From assembly GCA_004431415.1 (NCBI GenBank), contig QPMI01000591.1, positions 35,535 to 99,534 on the forward strand: a DNA stretch of 64,000 bases. Reading direction: 5' to 3'. Numbering within the stretch: the first letter of the stretch is position 1; each line of letters begins with the position of its first letter. Origin of the DNA: Cyanophora paradoxa CCMP329 (lineage: Eukaryota; Plantae; Glaucophyta). Shown here piece after piece: positions 13,116 to 26,358 of the stretch. The notes under the pieces are model-generated. The model saw nothing but the letters and a program-made list of their open reading frames with translations, ran no database searches and had not been told where the DNA came from. The position numbers were made by a program, and so were the translations under genes.

Positions 13116-16100
13116 ATGGCACTCGCACTCCAGCTTCAGTCGCGCTCGCAGCAGCGCCCCAGAAGATCTAGAGATGGGCAGCGCGTGCTGCAAACGCGCG
13201 GCGGAGGACGTACAGCAGCATGCGCAGACACCCAAGTCCCCTGCGAAGGGTGCGATGCGCGGGCGCTCGTCGCCGCGCTGCGCTCATTTCGACTCGCAGC
13301 GGATCGACCGGAGAGCGGGCGGGACATCGGCCTCCTTCGGGTTGACCGCGGGCAGGATACGACCACCACGCCAGCGCGGAAGTCCGCGGGCTCGCCAGAG
13401 CGTGTGAAGCCCGCGGCTGTTGCGGAGAAGCAGCGGAACGCCAGCAGCAATGCTGCGCAGCGGGCCGACCTTTCCGACGTAGCGATCAGCCTCGCGACCG
13501 ACGAGCAAACCGCATCGGGCAACAAGCCGGAGGCTCCTGTACATGTAGCTGCGAATTCGAACGCAGCGAACTCGAATCCCGAGGACGCAGCGGCATCCCG
13601 CGCCCATGGCCATGCGCCTGCAGCTGCTGCGAATTCTCCAGTTTCAGCTAGCGCTCTAGCTCCAGGTGCAGCAGCAGCAGCATATTCTTCGCCGGCTATA
13701 GCTAGCGCTGCGGCGCCGGCGCCAACTCCGTCGAAGGCGCGTGCGCCGAGCTGCGTGGCGGACCCGGGAGAACTCCTCTCTCTGCACGCGCTGGAGGGGG
13801 CCTCGTCGGTCGGGCAGCTCGCGGGCCTGTGCGGCCTGCTGCGGGAGGCGACGCGTCCGGGCGCTCAAGCGGAGGCGGCGGAGCGGGCGCGGCGGGTTCC
13901 CTTCGTGGCAGAAGTCTTGAACGGTGATTTAGAAGCGGCCCTCGCGGAGGCGAAAGAGGCCTGCTTCGGCGGTGCGGGGGCGCGGGATCGCGCGCGGATC
14001 CGCAATTGCAAGGCTAAGCGCGCCCGCGTGCTCAGCGCTGGATGCGTTTGCGGAGCGCGAGCGACACCGCCCCGAGGAGATTGCAGAAGCGTGCACCGTC
14101 GTGCGGTCGGGCGACCCCGAGCTCTCTTTCCGCGTGCGTCAACCCCGCTCGGAGAGACATGTACAGAGGCCGCGCCTGATTGCGGCACGCGCAGCTGCTT
14201 GAGGTTCTACTGCGCCTGAAGGACGAGACGGTGCTGGAGAGAATTCCAACGCAGCGCATCGGGGCGCTGGTCGACGTGCTCGGGCGGCTGCCGCGCGGGA
14301 CGCTCACCTCCAAGCACCGATCGCGTCTCGTCGCATTCTGCATTCAGCAGGCGAGTTGCATGCATATGCGTCGCCGATTCCCTCTGGCGCTGAGCAACAT
14401 GCGCAGGTAAAAGAATTCGATGCAAAGCTCACGCCGGCGGACGTCGACGCGCTTTCGGCACTGCGGCTCGTGCCGGCGGTGCTCGCCGCGTTCGACTCGA
14501 CAAGCAACGGTGTAGATTTCGTCGCTGCCGGTGCGCCGCGCGGTTCTTGTTCGCAGAGGATTGTCTGATGTGCAGCCGGCGGCAGACGAGGACGACGGGG
14601 AGCCTCGTCAAGAGAGGGGCAGGCTGGACTACGAGGGCTCGGTTCAAGAGCTCGACGTGCTGCTCCAAAAGTTCGAGAAAAGCGGTTGGTGGCGGGTCGA
14701 GGCGGCGGCGAGCATCGCGCGGCAGGCGCTGGCGGCCGCGCTCTCGAACTACGACCCCCTACAGGACGCACTGAGTCGCGTCAAAGCCGCTGGTGCGCTC
14801 TTTGCATGCGCTTCGCGGCCGCGCCACACGATGACGGCAAGCAGGGCGGATCGTGGCGGGGCTGGTCCGCGTGGGGCAAAAGGTATGGGAGGGCGTCAGT
14901 ACATTCGGCGTCTCGACGCTTATCGAACTTGCCGTCTTTCTCAAGGTGCACGGGGCTGTAATCATGTGTCCTCGCGCCTCACTTCTCCTCAGGACGCGCT
15001 GGCTGGAGAGGACGTTGGGGCAGAAGCGCGGCAGCTGTGGAGCGACCTCGGCCGCCTCTTCGGCTCCAATGGGCCGCAGGGCAAGAAGTGCTGGTGCGCA
15101 GTGCCAAAATGGTCCCGCCATGTCGTACTGACGCCTTCGCCTCTTATTCTTCTTGCAGGTACCGCCCGGCGCGGCTGCTGACGGTGCTGGCGGAAGGAGG
15201 CCACATGGAGGAGCTGCGGATGGTCCTGAATGCGATGGACGAGACCGGGCAGACGACGCTGTCAGCCCTTGCCGCTCAGCCGAAGCTGGCGGCTGCTCTC
15301 TCCGCTGCCCTCATCTTGGTGCGGACACTTCTGTACTGCTCTAAATCTGCCGCCTGTGCTGATTTGACTTCTGTGCAGGCGGTAGAGGCCGCGGGAGGCG
15401 ATAGTGCGTCTGCGCTGGCGGCGGTCGACATCGCCGCCGCGGTGGCGGGGGCTGCAATCGCTGCGGCCAACGTGCCGGGGGCGAAAAAGGCGGCGCGGGA
15501 GGCGGCGGTCAACTCGGCCACGCCCGCCGCACGAGCACTTGCGAGCATCGCAGCGTCTGAGTGCGGCGGGGCTGCGGCGGCAGCAGCAGCCGAGCAACTG
15601 GGGCGGCTGGCGCGCAGGGAGGACCGCGCGTCCTGCGACGCTGCCGAGGCCGCTGCATCGCTCCTTGGGGTGTCGCTGGCGGTGCGTCTGCCAGTGTTCC
15701 CAGCGCACTTCATGGCTGACGCGCCAGCAGGACCTCGGGGCCGGCGGCTTCAGGCCGAAGCAGACGCTGCCCCGCTCGCCTTGCGCGAGGCTCGTCGAGC
15801 CGACGTCCGCGGGCGCGTCGATGCTGCTTCGAACTGCGCTCAAGCGCCTCGAAGGCGACCCCGATGAAGCCAAGCTCCGTGCAGACTTGTTCAAAGTGCG
15901 CCCCCCAGCGCCCACAAAGCCGCTGTTTCTGTGCTAAGAAGCCTGCAGTACGCGGGGCGGGAGCTGAACAAGAAGGACCTGCGCGAGGCGGTCGCATTAT
16001 TCGTGCCGCCGAAGGCCACGACGGACCTCGCGCGCACCAAAATCGTCGACCTCCACACTCACGCGGCGGCGTTCCTCGCCCGCACCCTGCGGGGCGCCGT

Positions 16101-19100
16101 GGCGGGCGGCCCGCGAGCGCTTCTCATTGCGGGCGAGCCCGGCTCCAGCAAGTCGACCTTCCTGGCGTTCCTCCACCGCCACGCGTGCGAGCAGTGGCGC
16201 CGCACGCACGGGCGGCCGCCGCGCGGCGATGCGCGGCTGCCCGTGACGTGCTTGCTGAGGCTCCCGCGGCTCGGGCGGACCGCGGCGGCCACTGGATTGC
16301 GTGCGGCGGCGGCGGAAGCGATGGGGGTCCCTAAGGAGGAGCTTGAGAACATCAAATCGACGTGCGTGTCATGCATTTCGAATTCGCCGCCTCCTGTCGA
16401 CCACGTCCGCCTCACTTCTCGCACCAGCCGCGGGCTGGTGCTGCTGCTGGATGCTTACGACGAGCTCGACTGCCGCGACAGGCCACCGCCGCGCCTGTGG
16501 CCGGAAAACGACCTGGACGACTGGGCTTCGGCAGTCGTCGTCACCTGCCGCAGCTCTCTGCTGGCGGTCCGGGATGACTACAAGGAGCTCTTCGCCCCTT
16601 CGCCGGCAGCGCTCGACCAGCTCTGCACGCACCCTTTCGGCGCGCAGCAGGTGCCTCTTCGCCGGCCTCGAGTCGCGTTTTCTGCACCGCTAACAGCGCG
16701 GTCCACTCGACAGGTCGAGGAATACTTCAAGCAGTTCGTGGGCCTGCCAGCGGAGTCCCGAAACTGCAACTGCGACTGGACGGCGGACGAGTACCTTTCG
16801 CACATCAAGCGCGTCCCGGGCACGCTCGCTCTCATCGAGAACCCGTTTACACTAAAGCGCGTCCTTCGAATCCTTGCGTTTGCGTTTGGATGTCATATGC
16901 ATCTAACATTTGCGTGGTCCGCAGTATGGTGGCCCGCACGCTGCCGAAAATCGTTTCTGCACGGTCCGTACGCTCTTCGCAGGCTTGACTGACATCAATA
17001 TTGATTATGAGCTTGAAGTACTGATGACAAAACTGCCAAGGGCAGCTCTAATCCAGCCGGGTCGCTTCTCACGACCCGTGAACTCTACAATGCGTTCGTC
17101 GAGGTGACTGCGATGTCGTAACACCGACTGCTTGGCTTTGCAGCTTACATAAGAGCTTTCAGCATTGGTTCGAGCGGGAATGGAATCGCGTGAGGGATAA
17201 TCCCGGAGGGCACGCGCACGGCGTCATTCGGAGCTGGAGAGGAAAAGATTTCGAAAAGTGCGGCCGCAAGTTCTGCAAAGATCTCGCGTCCGCCATGTTC
17301 GAGGTTAGAACGCGTGGGCGTCGTAAACACACACAATCTGAGCGACTGCAGGCGAACGTGTCTGAGTTTAGATACTCCTCGCCGGAGCTGGACTTCGCCA
17401 ACTGGACTCGGCGGGCTCCGGCGGCGGCGGATCAGGAGGCGAGCAGCAACCACAACGCAGACGCGGCAGCTGCAACTGCCGGCGGCCCTCTCGCAGCGTG
17501 CATCGATCTCATGCAAAATCAGGAGAGTGCGAAGCTGGCTCTCATCCGCGAGCACTGTCCACTCTCCATCTCCAGATCTGGAGCCGCCACGGACTCCCCT
17601 GACGGTTCTTCCGAAGTTCACGTCCGCTTCCTTCACAAGGTCCGCACCTTACGGCTGCATGTGGTCCGTTCGCGATCGCCCACGAAGCCGCTTGCAGACG
17701 CTGCTCGAGTACTTCGTCGCCGAAGAGATGTTCGAGCGGGTGCGCTGAATAATGTGCATCCGCGCATGCACGACTTTGTCGTGCGTGCACGCATTGCCGG
17801 CTTAATTTCGCATTCGCAGGCGATCGCGCGGCAAGAGCTGGAGAAGAGCGGCAATGACGTCCGTCGATCGCGAGAGCGCCGCCCCAGCATATGGTCCACT
17901 GAAGGCGCAGGCCTGATCCGCAAATTGTGCGTCCGCGATCGAAAAAAAAATGTGCACTAGTCCTCGAAATCCTCTGACTCGAAAGCTCCGTGCAGCCTCC
18001 TTACCAACGAGCCGAAGATCCTCGAGTTTCTTGCCGACTGCTGCTGCAGGGACCATCTGTACTGCGAAGTGCGCTTGATTTCGAAATCTATATCGTGTTC
18101 TGTACTGACCAAGCGCGCGCAGAAGCTGCTAGGACTCATAGAGCGAAGCCGCGAGCCGCACGCCTCGAAAGGGGACCTCATCGCTTCGGCAAACGCGATG
18201 ACGATCCTGAATTGCGGTGCGGTGCCTCGAGCTCGCGCCGTGCACTAGTGTCTTTTCGTACATCCTGACGGGCGTTCCGCGTCCCGCAGCGGGGTTCAGC
18301 TTCGCGCGCAGATGCCTGCGGGGCGTGCGGGTGCCCGGGGCGGACCTGCAGCGCCTGGAGGCGGCGGGGGCGGACCTGCGGGACGCGGACCTCACGGGCT
18401 GCGGCCTGCAGGAGGCGAACCTCGCGGGGGCCGACCTGCGCGGCGCGAAGCTTGACGACTGCTCCATCGTGGAAAGCCCGGTCCTGAAAGGCTCTTGCAA
18501 ATTGATCAGATCGATTATTGCGTTCCCGGTGCAATAATTTATCCGCGATACATCGACGGCGCTGACAGGAAGCAGGATGGGCGAAGGATTTTTACGGAAA
18601 GCGCACGTGCAAGCAGGGGATATCCGTACGAAGTCGGCATCGAGCGTAGCATCTGGGACGTAAGAGCAAACTCAAGAGTGACACCTCCCGATCTGCGACC
18701 CCCGCTGGCGTTCGCTGACTACAAAGGCCTCATTCCGATGGCGGTCTCACAGGTATATTGCGCTTGTATCAGATCTCATGTCCGTAATCTCACGCTCTTC
18801 ATAATCAGGCGGGATCTCGCGTGATATGCGCCGACGTCGCGCTGCGGGTATACGATGTCGACAAAGGCGAGACAGTCGCTGACATCGATTTCAAAGAGGC
18901 CCTTGGCTTGACCGAGCGAGACCGCCCGGACCTGTACGGACTCCGATCTCCTTTCACGTTGGATAACGTGCAGTTCTGCCAGGTACGAGTCTGAGCCTGC
19001 AGCTAACCCCCACGGGACCTGGCACATTATATATTAATTAGATTTCTTGGGAGGGGTGAGGCATCCGCTCCACGGTTTTCACTGCCCGATGCGGGCCATA

Positions 19101-22100
19101 TGCATCATGCGGCCCCCCCGCCCAACTGGGACGGACAGGGACCTGGTCAGATCTGGGGCCTAGGCGCCACTCATTGGGTCACTGCCTCCGCGATGTCGGA
19201 CTAGTGGGTCACTTATCGCACTTTGTGGGATTTGAACCCAGCCTTCGACCGTGCTCCCTGCGTAATAACACGACCGGGATTCGAACATACTAATTAGAAT
19301 TCGAAGTATAGCAGCTGCTCATACTAACCCACACTAATTAGAAGTATAGCAACTGCTCATGGCACGGGGCGCAGGACGGTTCCAAGGCACTGACAACATT
19401 CGAAGACGTGGTGGCCCTGTGGGATCTTAAGCGCAAAACGCTGCTCCAGAAAACGCACATTCCAAATCTAGATCGAGAGATGTTCACCCTTCTCATCTCA
19501 AATGTACGCGTCAATGCTACCGTTTTCACTGAATGCTATCGTCTTTACCAGTGGCATCCGCATGCCATCCCATGCTAACAGGATTGCCGGCGCATTGTGG
19601 CTCTGGGGAAAAAATGCGCACAAATTCGGATTTACGCAGTTTTTATTGAAGAAAAGCTTCATGATCATGATCAGCAGCTGCGACTTACCTTGTATGCGGA
19701 ACACACGATCGAGAAAGAAGATCCAGGAAATATTATCACTCGCATTATATTATTCAAATCTTCGCTACGTCTTCCACCTCTCAAACTGAGCAAAGTACGG
19801 TATTCTGCCACCTCTCGCACTGGGACGCATCGAATTCCGCTTGCGCAGGATGGTCGTCGAGCCGTGACTGTACATGTGCACCGTGACTCCTCGAGGGGCG
19901 CCGGCGTGACCTTGTATTTGTTCGACCTCGATCGGTGGATCGTCGTCGGAGGAATCGCTTGCCCAAGAGGAACGGCGCACATGTACCATGGCTCTGATTT
20001 GCAGTTCTTTGACGTATCGGACGTACGCTGCCTGAGCTTTACGCTGAATCTACTGATCTTGCACCTGTCGCTGACATCGCCCACTTGCTTTCTGCGCAAT
20101 CGAAGGACTGTTCTCAAGTGGTGACTGCAAACAAAGACCGAACCATCTCCGTTTGGGACTTTGCCTCTGGAGAGGAGGTGCACCGCCTGACAGGCCACCA
20201 TGGCGATATTGAAGCGGTCGCTTTCCTCCATGTGCGTGGAGCCTCGCTCTATATATATTCCGCGAGCTCGCTCTATCAAAATTGAGGATACTGCGTCCAG
20301 GGCGCCACCACCGTCGTCTCGGCCGGCAAGGGGGAGCTCCGCGTCTGGCCGCTGAACCGCAAGCAGCTGCGGCCCCTCAAGCCCGTTTTCAATGGCTATC
20401 ACGCCTCCGCGCACTCTCTTTATCTATCCCCGGTTTGTTCACTTATCACGCGTTCTCCACGTGCCGTGTCTGATCGTAGGTGGCCGAGAGCGCAGGATTT
20501 GCGGCTGCGGTACGCCACGAAAACGACAGTGGGGCTTCGGGATCTCTCGACTGGTCTCTGCATCAATGAAGCCTACTTGCAGTGCCTTCATGTTGTCGAT
20601 GCCAAAGTGCGTGCACAAATTCTATAACTTCGACAAATGCAAAATCGCATACTTTCGAAGCTAATATCGAATTCTGCCCCTAAAATTCCGGACCAAAAGT
20701 TAAGTCAAAAGATTGACCTGCGTTAAGCGCAGAGAGTCCTTTCACTGCACGGCAAACCCGAGGGCCGCAAGCTCGCACTTACGAACCTTGACTCAAACGG
20801 CGACGAATGGGACGCATGCCACGCCGCTCGCGATCGTATCACGCAGCTCCTCGCCGTGTCGGCCGTGCGCCCCTTTGGGCGCCGAGTCCATAAATGCCGT
20901 CGCGCGGTCTGATTATGACGGCCCCCCGTCACCCCCAAACAGAACGGCGCGAGAGCCGTGTTTGTACAGAACGAAGGGCTTGTATTGTGGGACTTGCGGC
21001 TAGGAGAACCCATCGGATATCCTGTCATGTACAAGGGCCTGTGCGACTTCTTGAATGGCTTTAAGCGAACTGTGCCGTTGATGTTCACCTTTTCGAACGC
21101 GACCGCGGTATTCTTGGTGCACATTTCACTCCGATTCAATCATATCCCAGGCGTGCCCATCTTTTCTGCAGGACGACTTGCGCGTGATCCTCAGCCTACG
21201 TTGCGATCCTGCTCATGGCCGACCTTGCGAGGACGGTACCGATTGGGTTCTAGAATCCGTCGTCTGCAGTTTCGGGGAGACTTTGAATTCGTCGACCGAG
21301 CTTGAGCGGCTTGAAGGCATCAAAGTCCTGTCAGTTGTACATGTGCCTAGTCCGGTGCGTTGTCGATGCTGCTATATATATAGCTATCGTTTGGAGTAAA
21401 TACATAGAACTGAAGCGTCCGTGCGGTTCGCCATCAGAACGGCAAGCTGCTGCAGCTGCTCTGTTACAGTCGCGGCGGCCCGAACACTCGCGATCGGCCG
21501 CCTCAGCTCTGGATCCAGGACGCGGCTTCGAATGAAGTGCTCAAGAGGATAGACTGGAGGATTTCCTTAGACACCATCTTAAGCTTAGAAAGGTGTCACC
21601 GGATAAAAACATCACCACATATTCCAAGTGCCGATCCGGTGGTGGACGAGGTCCGTTCTACATTGACCGCACTCTTATAGCCTGAGCCCTAGGCCTGAGC
21701 CCTGAGCCCTGGGCCTGCGCAGTTTGGCCAGATCCACCCCCGCTACGTGATGCTGCGCCGCTGCTTGCGATCGCCGCCTCTTCTCTTTTCCGAACGCGCT
21801 AGAAGCCCATCAAGCACGCCGCTCGTCGTGCTGGATCTTGAGAGCGGCTGCGAGGCCGCGTGCCTCGCCGCGCAGCGCGCGTGCCCACCCGACGCCGCCT
21901 GTGCCCGCCTCGCCCCGGGGGTGCGCTGCTTCCACTCCAGCCCGCGGTCGCAGTGCCGTTGACATCGATCCCATCCCCGGCCGTCAGCAGGGGGGGCGGA
22001 TGCGCGTCGCCGCTGCGGGGGAGGGATACATCTGGGTGTGGGACGTGGACCTCTCTTTCCTGCGGAGCAACCCCGCCGGGTCGCTGCCGGTGTGGCCCGC

Positions 22101-22529
22101 CGCCCCCGCCGCCATCCTACTCTTTGTCGTCTGTGATTGCCTTGGCAGGTGCTGAACCCCTCTCGGCGCATCGCGGCGGTGAAGCTCGAGCTCTTCGACG
22201 GCTGCCTCGTGCGCCTCCTTCCGATTATATTTCCGAAAATGTCGTTTACCGCGAAAATGGCGAACGCCCCCCGGCAGATCGACGGGCGGACGAGCTGCTC
22301 GCAGGAGCTTCGGACAGTGCTCCTGCAGAAGGGAGCGCGCGAAGTGGAGGGCGGGAAGGGCGGGGCGGATGCGGAGTGGTCGAAAGAGGCGCCGGGGCCC
22401 GTTTTGCCGGCCCTGTGGCCACGTATCGATGGGGCGGAGCGGCGGAGCGGAGAAAGTGTCCCCCCTCCCTCCTCCCCCCTCCTCCCTCCCCCTCCCCCCT
22501 CCCTCCTTCCCGCCCTCTCCCCCTCCTAG
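13116..22529 (+). CDS. NLR-like (STAND) protein: helical N-terminus, NACHT NTPase, pentapeptide repeats, WD40 repeats; multi-exon
   Basis: Walker A-like LLIAGEPGSSKST (16132-16158) and Walker B LVLLLDAYDE; VVVTCR; FLHKTLLEYF; ASANAMTILNC followed by pentapeptide repeats (ADLQR/LEAAG/ADLRD/ADLTG/ANLAG/ADLRG); WD40 VVTANKDRTISVWDFASGEEVHRLTGHHGDIEAVAF. The 3' end is approximate. Confidence 0.8.
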
Positions 22530-23044
22530 TTAGCTAGCAGGACCGAGGGCCTGAGAAGAGAAAAATAATTCCTTCCTTTGCTGTGTTTTATATAATTAAC
22601 TAGCTGGCTAGCATACCTCTAAAGGACATTAAGCAAGCACTAGTGCGGTTGGAGCGACTGCGCTGCGGCGGGAGGGACTGTCGGACTGCGCACGCATATG
22701 AGGGAGACGGTTCAATTGCAACGCCTCGAAAGTAAATCGATATCTCGCCTGCCAGGCTGGCCACTGGGGCCATATTTTGAAAATCTGAGCCACGCGTACG
22801 CCTGATTTTATTCACATTAAGGCCCGAGACTGTTTTGCCATGGCCAATCGAGGTCCCATGCAAGAGAGACAGATGCGACAGAGGGTTCAGGTGGCGAGGG
22901 AACATGGAGAAGAGGAAGAGGACGCAGGCTGGAGGAGAACGAGGAGACAAGAAAAACGGTCGTCGTCCGGTCCCCCGCCGGTGCCGGGCCCGCCGCGCCC
23001 CAAGCAAGCCTATACCCCCAGAAAATGGCGCTAGCGGATATATA

Positions 23045-23291
23045 CCCGTCCTCGGCCAGGCACGCGTGCCCCCCGAAGCTTAAGCCTCTAGATCTAGCCC
23101 CGCCCGGCCCGCCCGGCCTGACCCGTCCGGGCGCAGCTGGCGGAGCTGCGGTCTCTGGAGGGCGGGGCCGCCGCGCACGCCGGGCCCGCCCCTGCCTCCC
23201 TCAGCCCCCGCGACGGGCGCTGACTCAGTGAGGCCGCTCAATATCGTCTGAATTATATTCCGATTTTCTGCGTAGCGTTTGCTCGAGTGTC
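23045..23291 (+). pseudogene. Orphan duplicate of the SppA 3' terminal fragment
   Basis: Direct repeat of 12380-12623 with no upstream SppA exons. Confidence 0.8.
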
Positions 23292-23648
23292 GCGTTCGGG
23301 ATTGTCTTGCGCGAGCGAGAACCAGAACTGCGAGACCGTGCAAGGAAAGGTCTGCGGTACTCATGAAAGAGGCTCGCTCCGTCTTTTTTGCGGAGTTGCT
23401 GGCGAGGTTGGTCGGTTTCGCAGGTTTTTCGCAAGGCTGCGAAAATTGCAGTTTCGATCGCCAGTATATATACGTACCGCCGGGCCGGTCTATGTGCTCG
23501 TCAAAAAAAAGCCGTAATGGAGGAGCTATAGCTATAGCTATAGCCGCTGAGCCCGGCCTCGAAGCTAAAGGAGAAGATCTAGAGGGGTCTGCTCAACAGA
23601 GAAGGCCTCCGGTCCGCACAATCGCGACCTGCAGCTCCTGCGCATGCA

Positions 23649-26047
23649 ATGGAGGCGAGCGCCCACAGGCGTAAGCTTGAGCTCGACCTGTCTGCCGGTA
23701 TGTGCGCGCGCGCGCGCGCAACTCCGCGAGAGACTGACTGCGACCCGCGAAATGACGCACAGACGTGTACGCGCGGCTCGTGAAGTTCGCCGAGAGGAGA
23801 GGATGCGCTTCGTTGGAGGCGGCCGCGTCGCTGCTAGCGCTGATCGCGAGCGCCACTCTCGCGCCACCGGAGCACGCAGCCGCAGCCGCAGTAGAGGTTT
23901 CGCCGTTCGACAGGCTGCCGGATGTTGTTCTCTCGGTCATCTGCGAGCACCTGGGCTTGAAAGCCGCCGCCGGCGCGCGCGGGGTCTCCCGTCGCTGGCG
24001 CGATGCGGCCGGTGCGGTGCTCTGGCGCCGACTGGATCCTGGCATCGAGCTCGGTTCAGAGCGGGCGGATCTGCTCGCACGGCTGCTCGTCGGGGCAGAA
24101 TGCATGGAGGGCGATCGTGATCGCAGCGGGCACCGTCGTCAGCGCCCGCCGCGGCGGTGGATCCGCCTGGCCCCCGGCGCATCGCTGCGCCTGGACTTGG
24201 GAGAAAGAGTCGATGTCGGATCCTGGAAATCCGCTGTCGCGCTGGTCTCGGCGTGCGCGGCGGCCAGCGGCGGCCTCGGCGATCTCGAACTTCTCAAGCG
24301 ATTCGTTTGCGCGCACGACTCTAGCTCCCCTGCCTGCCTCCGCGACCTGCTTGGCGTGCTCCTGCCGACCCGGCTGGCGCTTCGCGGCGTCGCTTTGCGA
24401 GTAGAGAGCGCGGTCGGCCGCAGCAAGCGCCTCCGAAGTATCGATGTTGAAGAAGCCTTCCGCCCCTTTCCGAATCTAGAAAGCCTCTGCCTCCCGAGGT
24501 GCTGCGTCGTCGACCAGCCCGCCGCCGACGCCCTCTCCCGGTGCCTTCCGAGGCTCAAGCGGGTACGCTCCGGCCGCGAGCCCCGGCCCCCTCCTTGAGT
24601 GCATATGTACCTGCCCGGTTTTCTTTATATTTTATAAACTAGTTAGTCCAGATATAATCAGTCCGGATCCTATTTTTAATCCCGATCATAACCTAAATTT
24701 CGACCCCGACTGCAGCTGGAGCTAAGATTGCAGTGCGGCTGGGCTGAAGAGCAGGACTTCGAACAGACCACCGATGACAGCTACGAGACCGCCGCCGCCT
24801 TGGCTGCCCTCCCCGCCCTCGAGCGTCTCGTGGTCCAGAGGGGCTACGATGAATGCGGGTCCTGGGACCTCGCGCCGATGATCGCGGGCCTCGCTTCCGG
24901 CCCTGCTGCGCGCTCCGTCGAAGAGTGCGGGCATAATCAAGATGCACAGCTTGACTATTAACCTGCCACGTGCACGCACAGGCTCCGCTTCGCGCCTCTT
25001 AGCGAGCGGATCCCTGGACAGCTCTCCGGCGCCGCCTTGCACGCCCTTCCGCGCCTCATCGCACTCGAGCGCCTGCGGGGACCCTTCACGGTACCTCTTC
25101 CTGATCGTGATCATTTATCTGTTTGAGCCGAGTTCAACCATCCCTAATTTCCTAGCCCTGCAGCTCGGGCGACTTACGGTTCGCTTTTTAAATCTGGCGA
25201 TTTCGCGATTTCGCAGTTTTTTTGCAGCTCTATCGATATCGATTTCGCAAGTCAAACAGGACACCGATGCAGACGGCTTGCCCGTCGGATATGGAGATCT
25301 GGTGGAGCTGGGCTCCTGTCCGGCACTGCAGACCCTGGGACCGCTGCGCCTGTGCCCTCGCGATTCGTGGCCTCGCGATGGAGATGAGGAGGAGGAGGAG
25401 GCGGAGTGCCTCGCAATTGCCGGCTGCCTGAGCGGCCTCGCAGAGGCCCTTGCAAAATCGCATACCCTTGCAGACCTCGAGCTGACTCTCCGTGCGCCCC
25501 ACAAATGCACTCTGCCGCGCTCTCCCCGCCCTATCCTTCTCACGGCTAGCTCGGCAGCTGCCGATCTGCCTGCTGTAGCGCTGACGGCGTTTGCGGCGCT
25601 GGTCCGTGAGGCGAAGGGGCGCCTCTTCCTGGAAATTGACATCGATTTGGAGCTGGAAAACCCCGTCGAGCCGGAGCTCGCCGTAGCGCTGGCCTCCGCC
25701 CCGCCCAGCCGCCTCGTCCTGATGGCCGACGTCGACTGGGCGGCCTTGGATGGCGGGAAGCTCGATTGCCTGTCCGCCTTCGCCGGCTGCTCGACAGGGG
25801 ACGTCGAGGTTCGCCCCCGAACCCCTAGGCCCCCGGCCCGCCCCTAATTATAAATCAGGCCCTAGATCGAAATGGAAGCAAAGCTGAAGCTAATTATAAG
25901 AGACGGCGCCCGCATGTCCAGGTTCGCTTGGACGTGGAGAGAGAGATGCGGGACCGCCTGGAAGCGCTCGAGGCGGCGCGGGGGGCGGCGACCCGGGCCT
26001 TCCCCTCGGCCCGCCTGGTTATCGAATACCGCCGCCGATGCGAGTAG
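23649..26047 (+). CDS. F-box protein with degenerate LRR-like C-terminus; multi-exon
   Basis: F-box motif SPFDRLPDVVLSVICEHLGLKAAAGARGVSRRWRDAA; LRR-like FPNLESLCLP, CLPRLKR, LPALERL, CPALQTL. The last exon VRLDVEREMRDRLEALE... ends at TAG 26045-26047. The start is inferred via a GT-AG intron. Confidence 0.75.
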
Positions 26048-26076
26048 CTCTGGACGTCGAGCCCGGCCCTGCCAAT

Positions 26077-26358
26077 TGTCGGATGAGAGGATTCCCACCC
26101 GATTAGGCACCCGCGCAGTACTGCGCGGGGCCGGCTCCCTGTGCTGGAGCAGCTGTAGATGCAGGCTGGTGTATTCACTGTGTACCCGGAAGACTACTGA
26201 CTCTGTACCCCTAAGACAGGTAGAGGCAGGCCAGCGTAGGCTACCGAGAGGTAAGCCTACAGGAAGAGAGACTATGCCAGGGCTCTCAGACTACGTCAGG
26301 CACCAACTAGCTCTAGTCACTAAGTCACCGCAAGGCCTGGGAATCGAGCCAGGCGACA
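26077..26358 (-). repeat. 3' LTR (282 bp)
   Basis: Identical by eye to 38358-38639; contains the 20-bp palindrome CCCGCGCAGTACTGCGCGGG. Confidence 0.95.

Noticed and set aside
19225-19290. tRNA gene
   Set aside because: Only B-box-like words; I could not build a cloverleaf.
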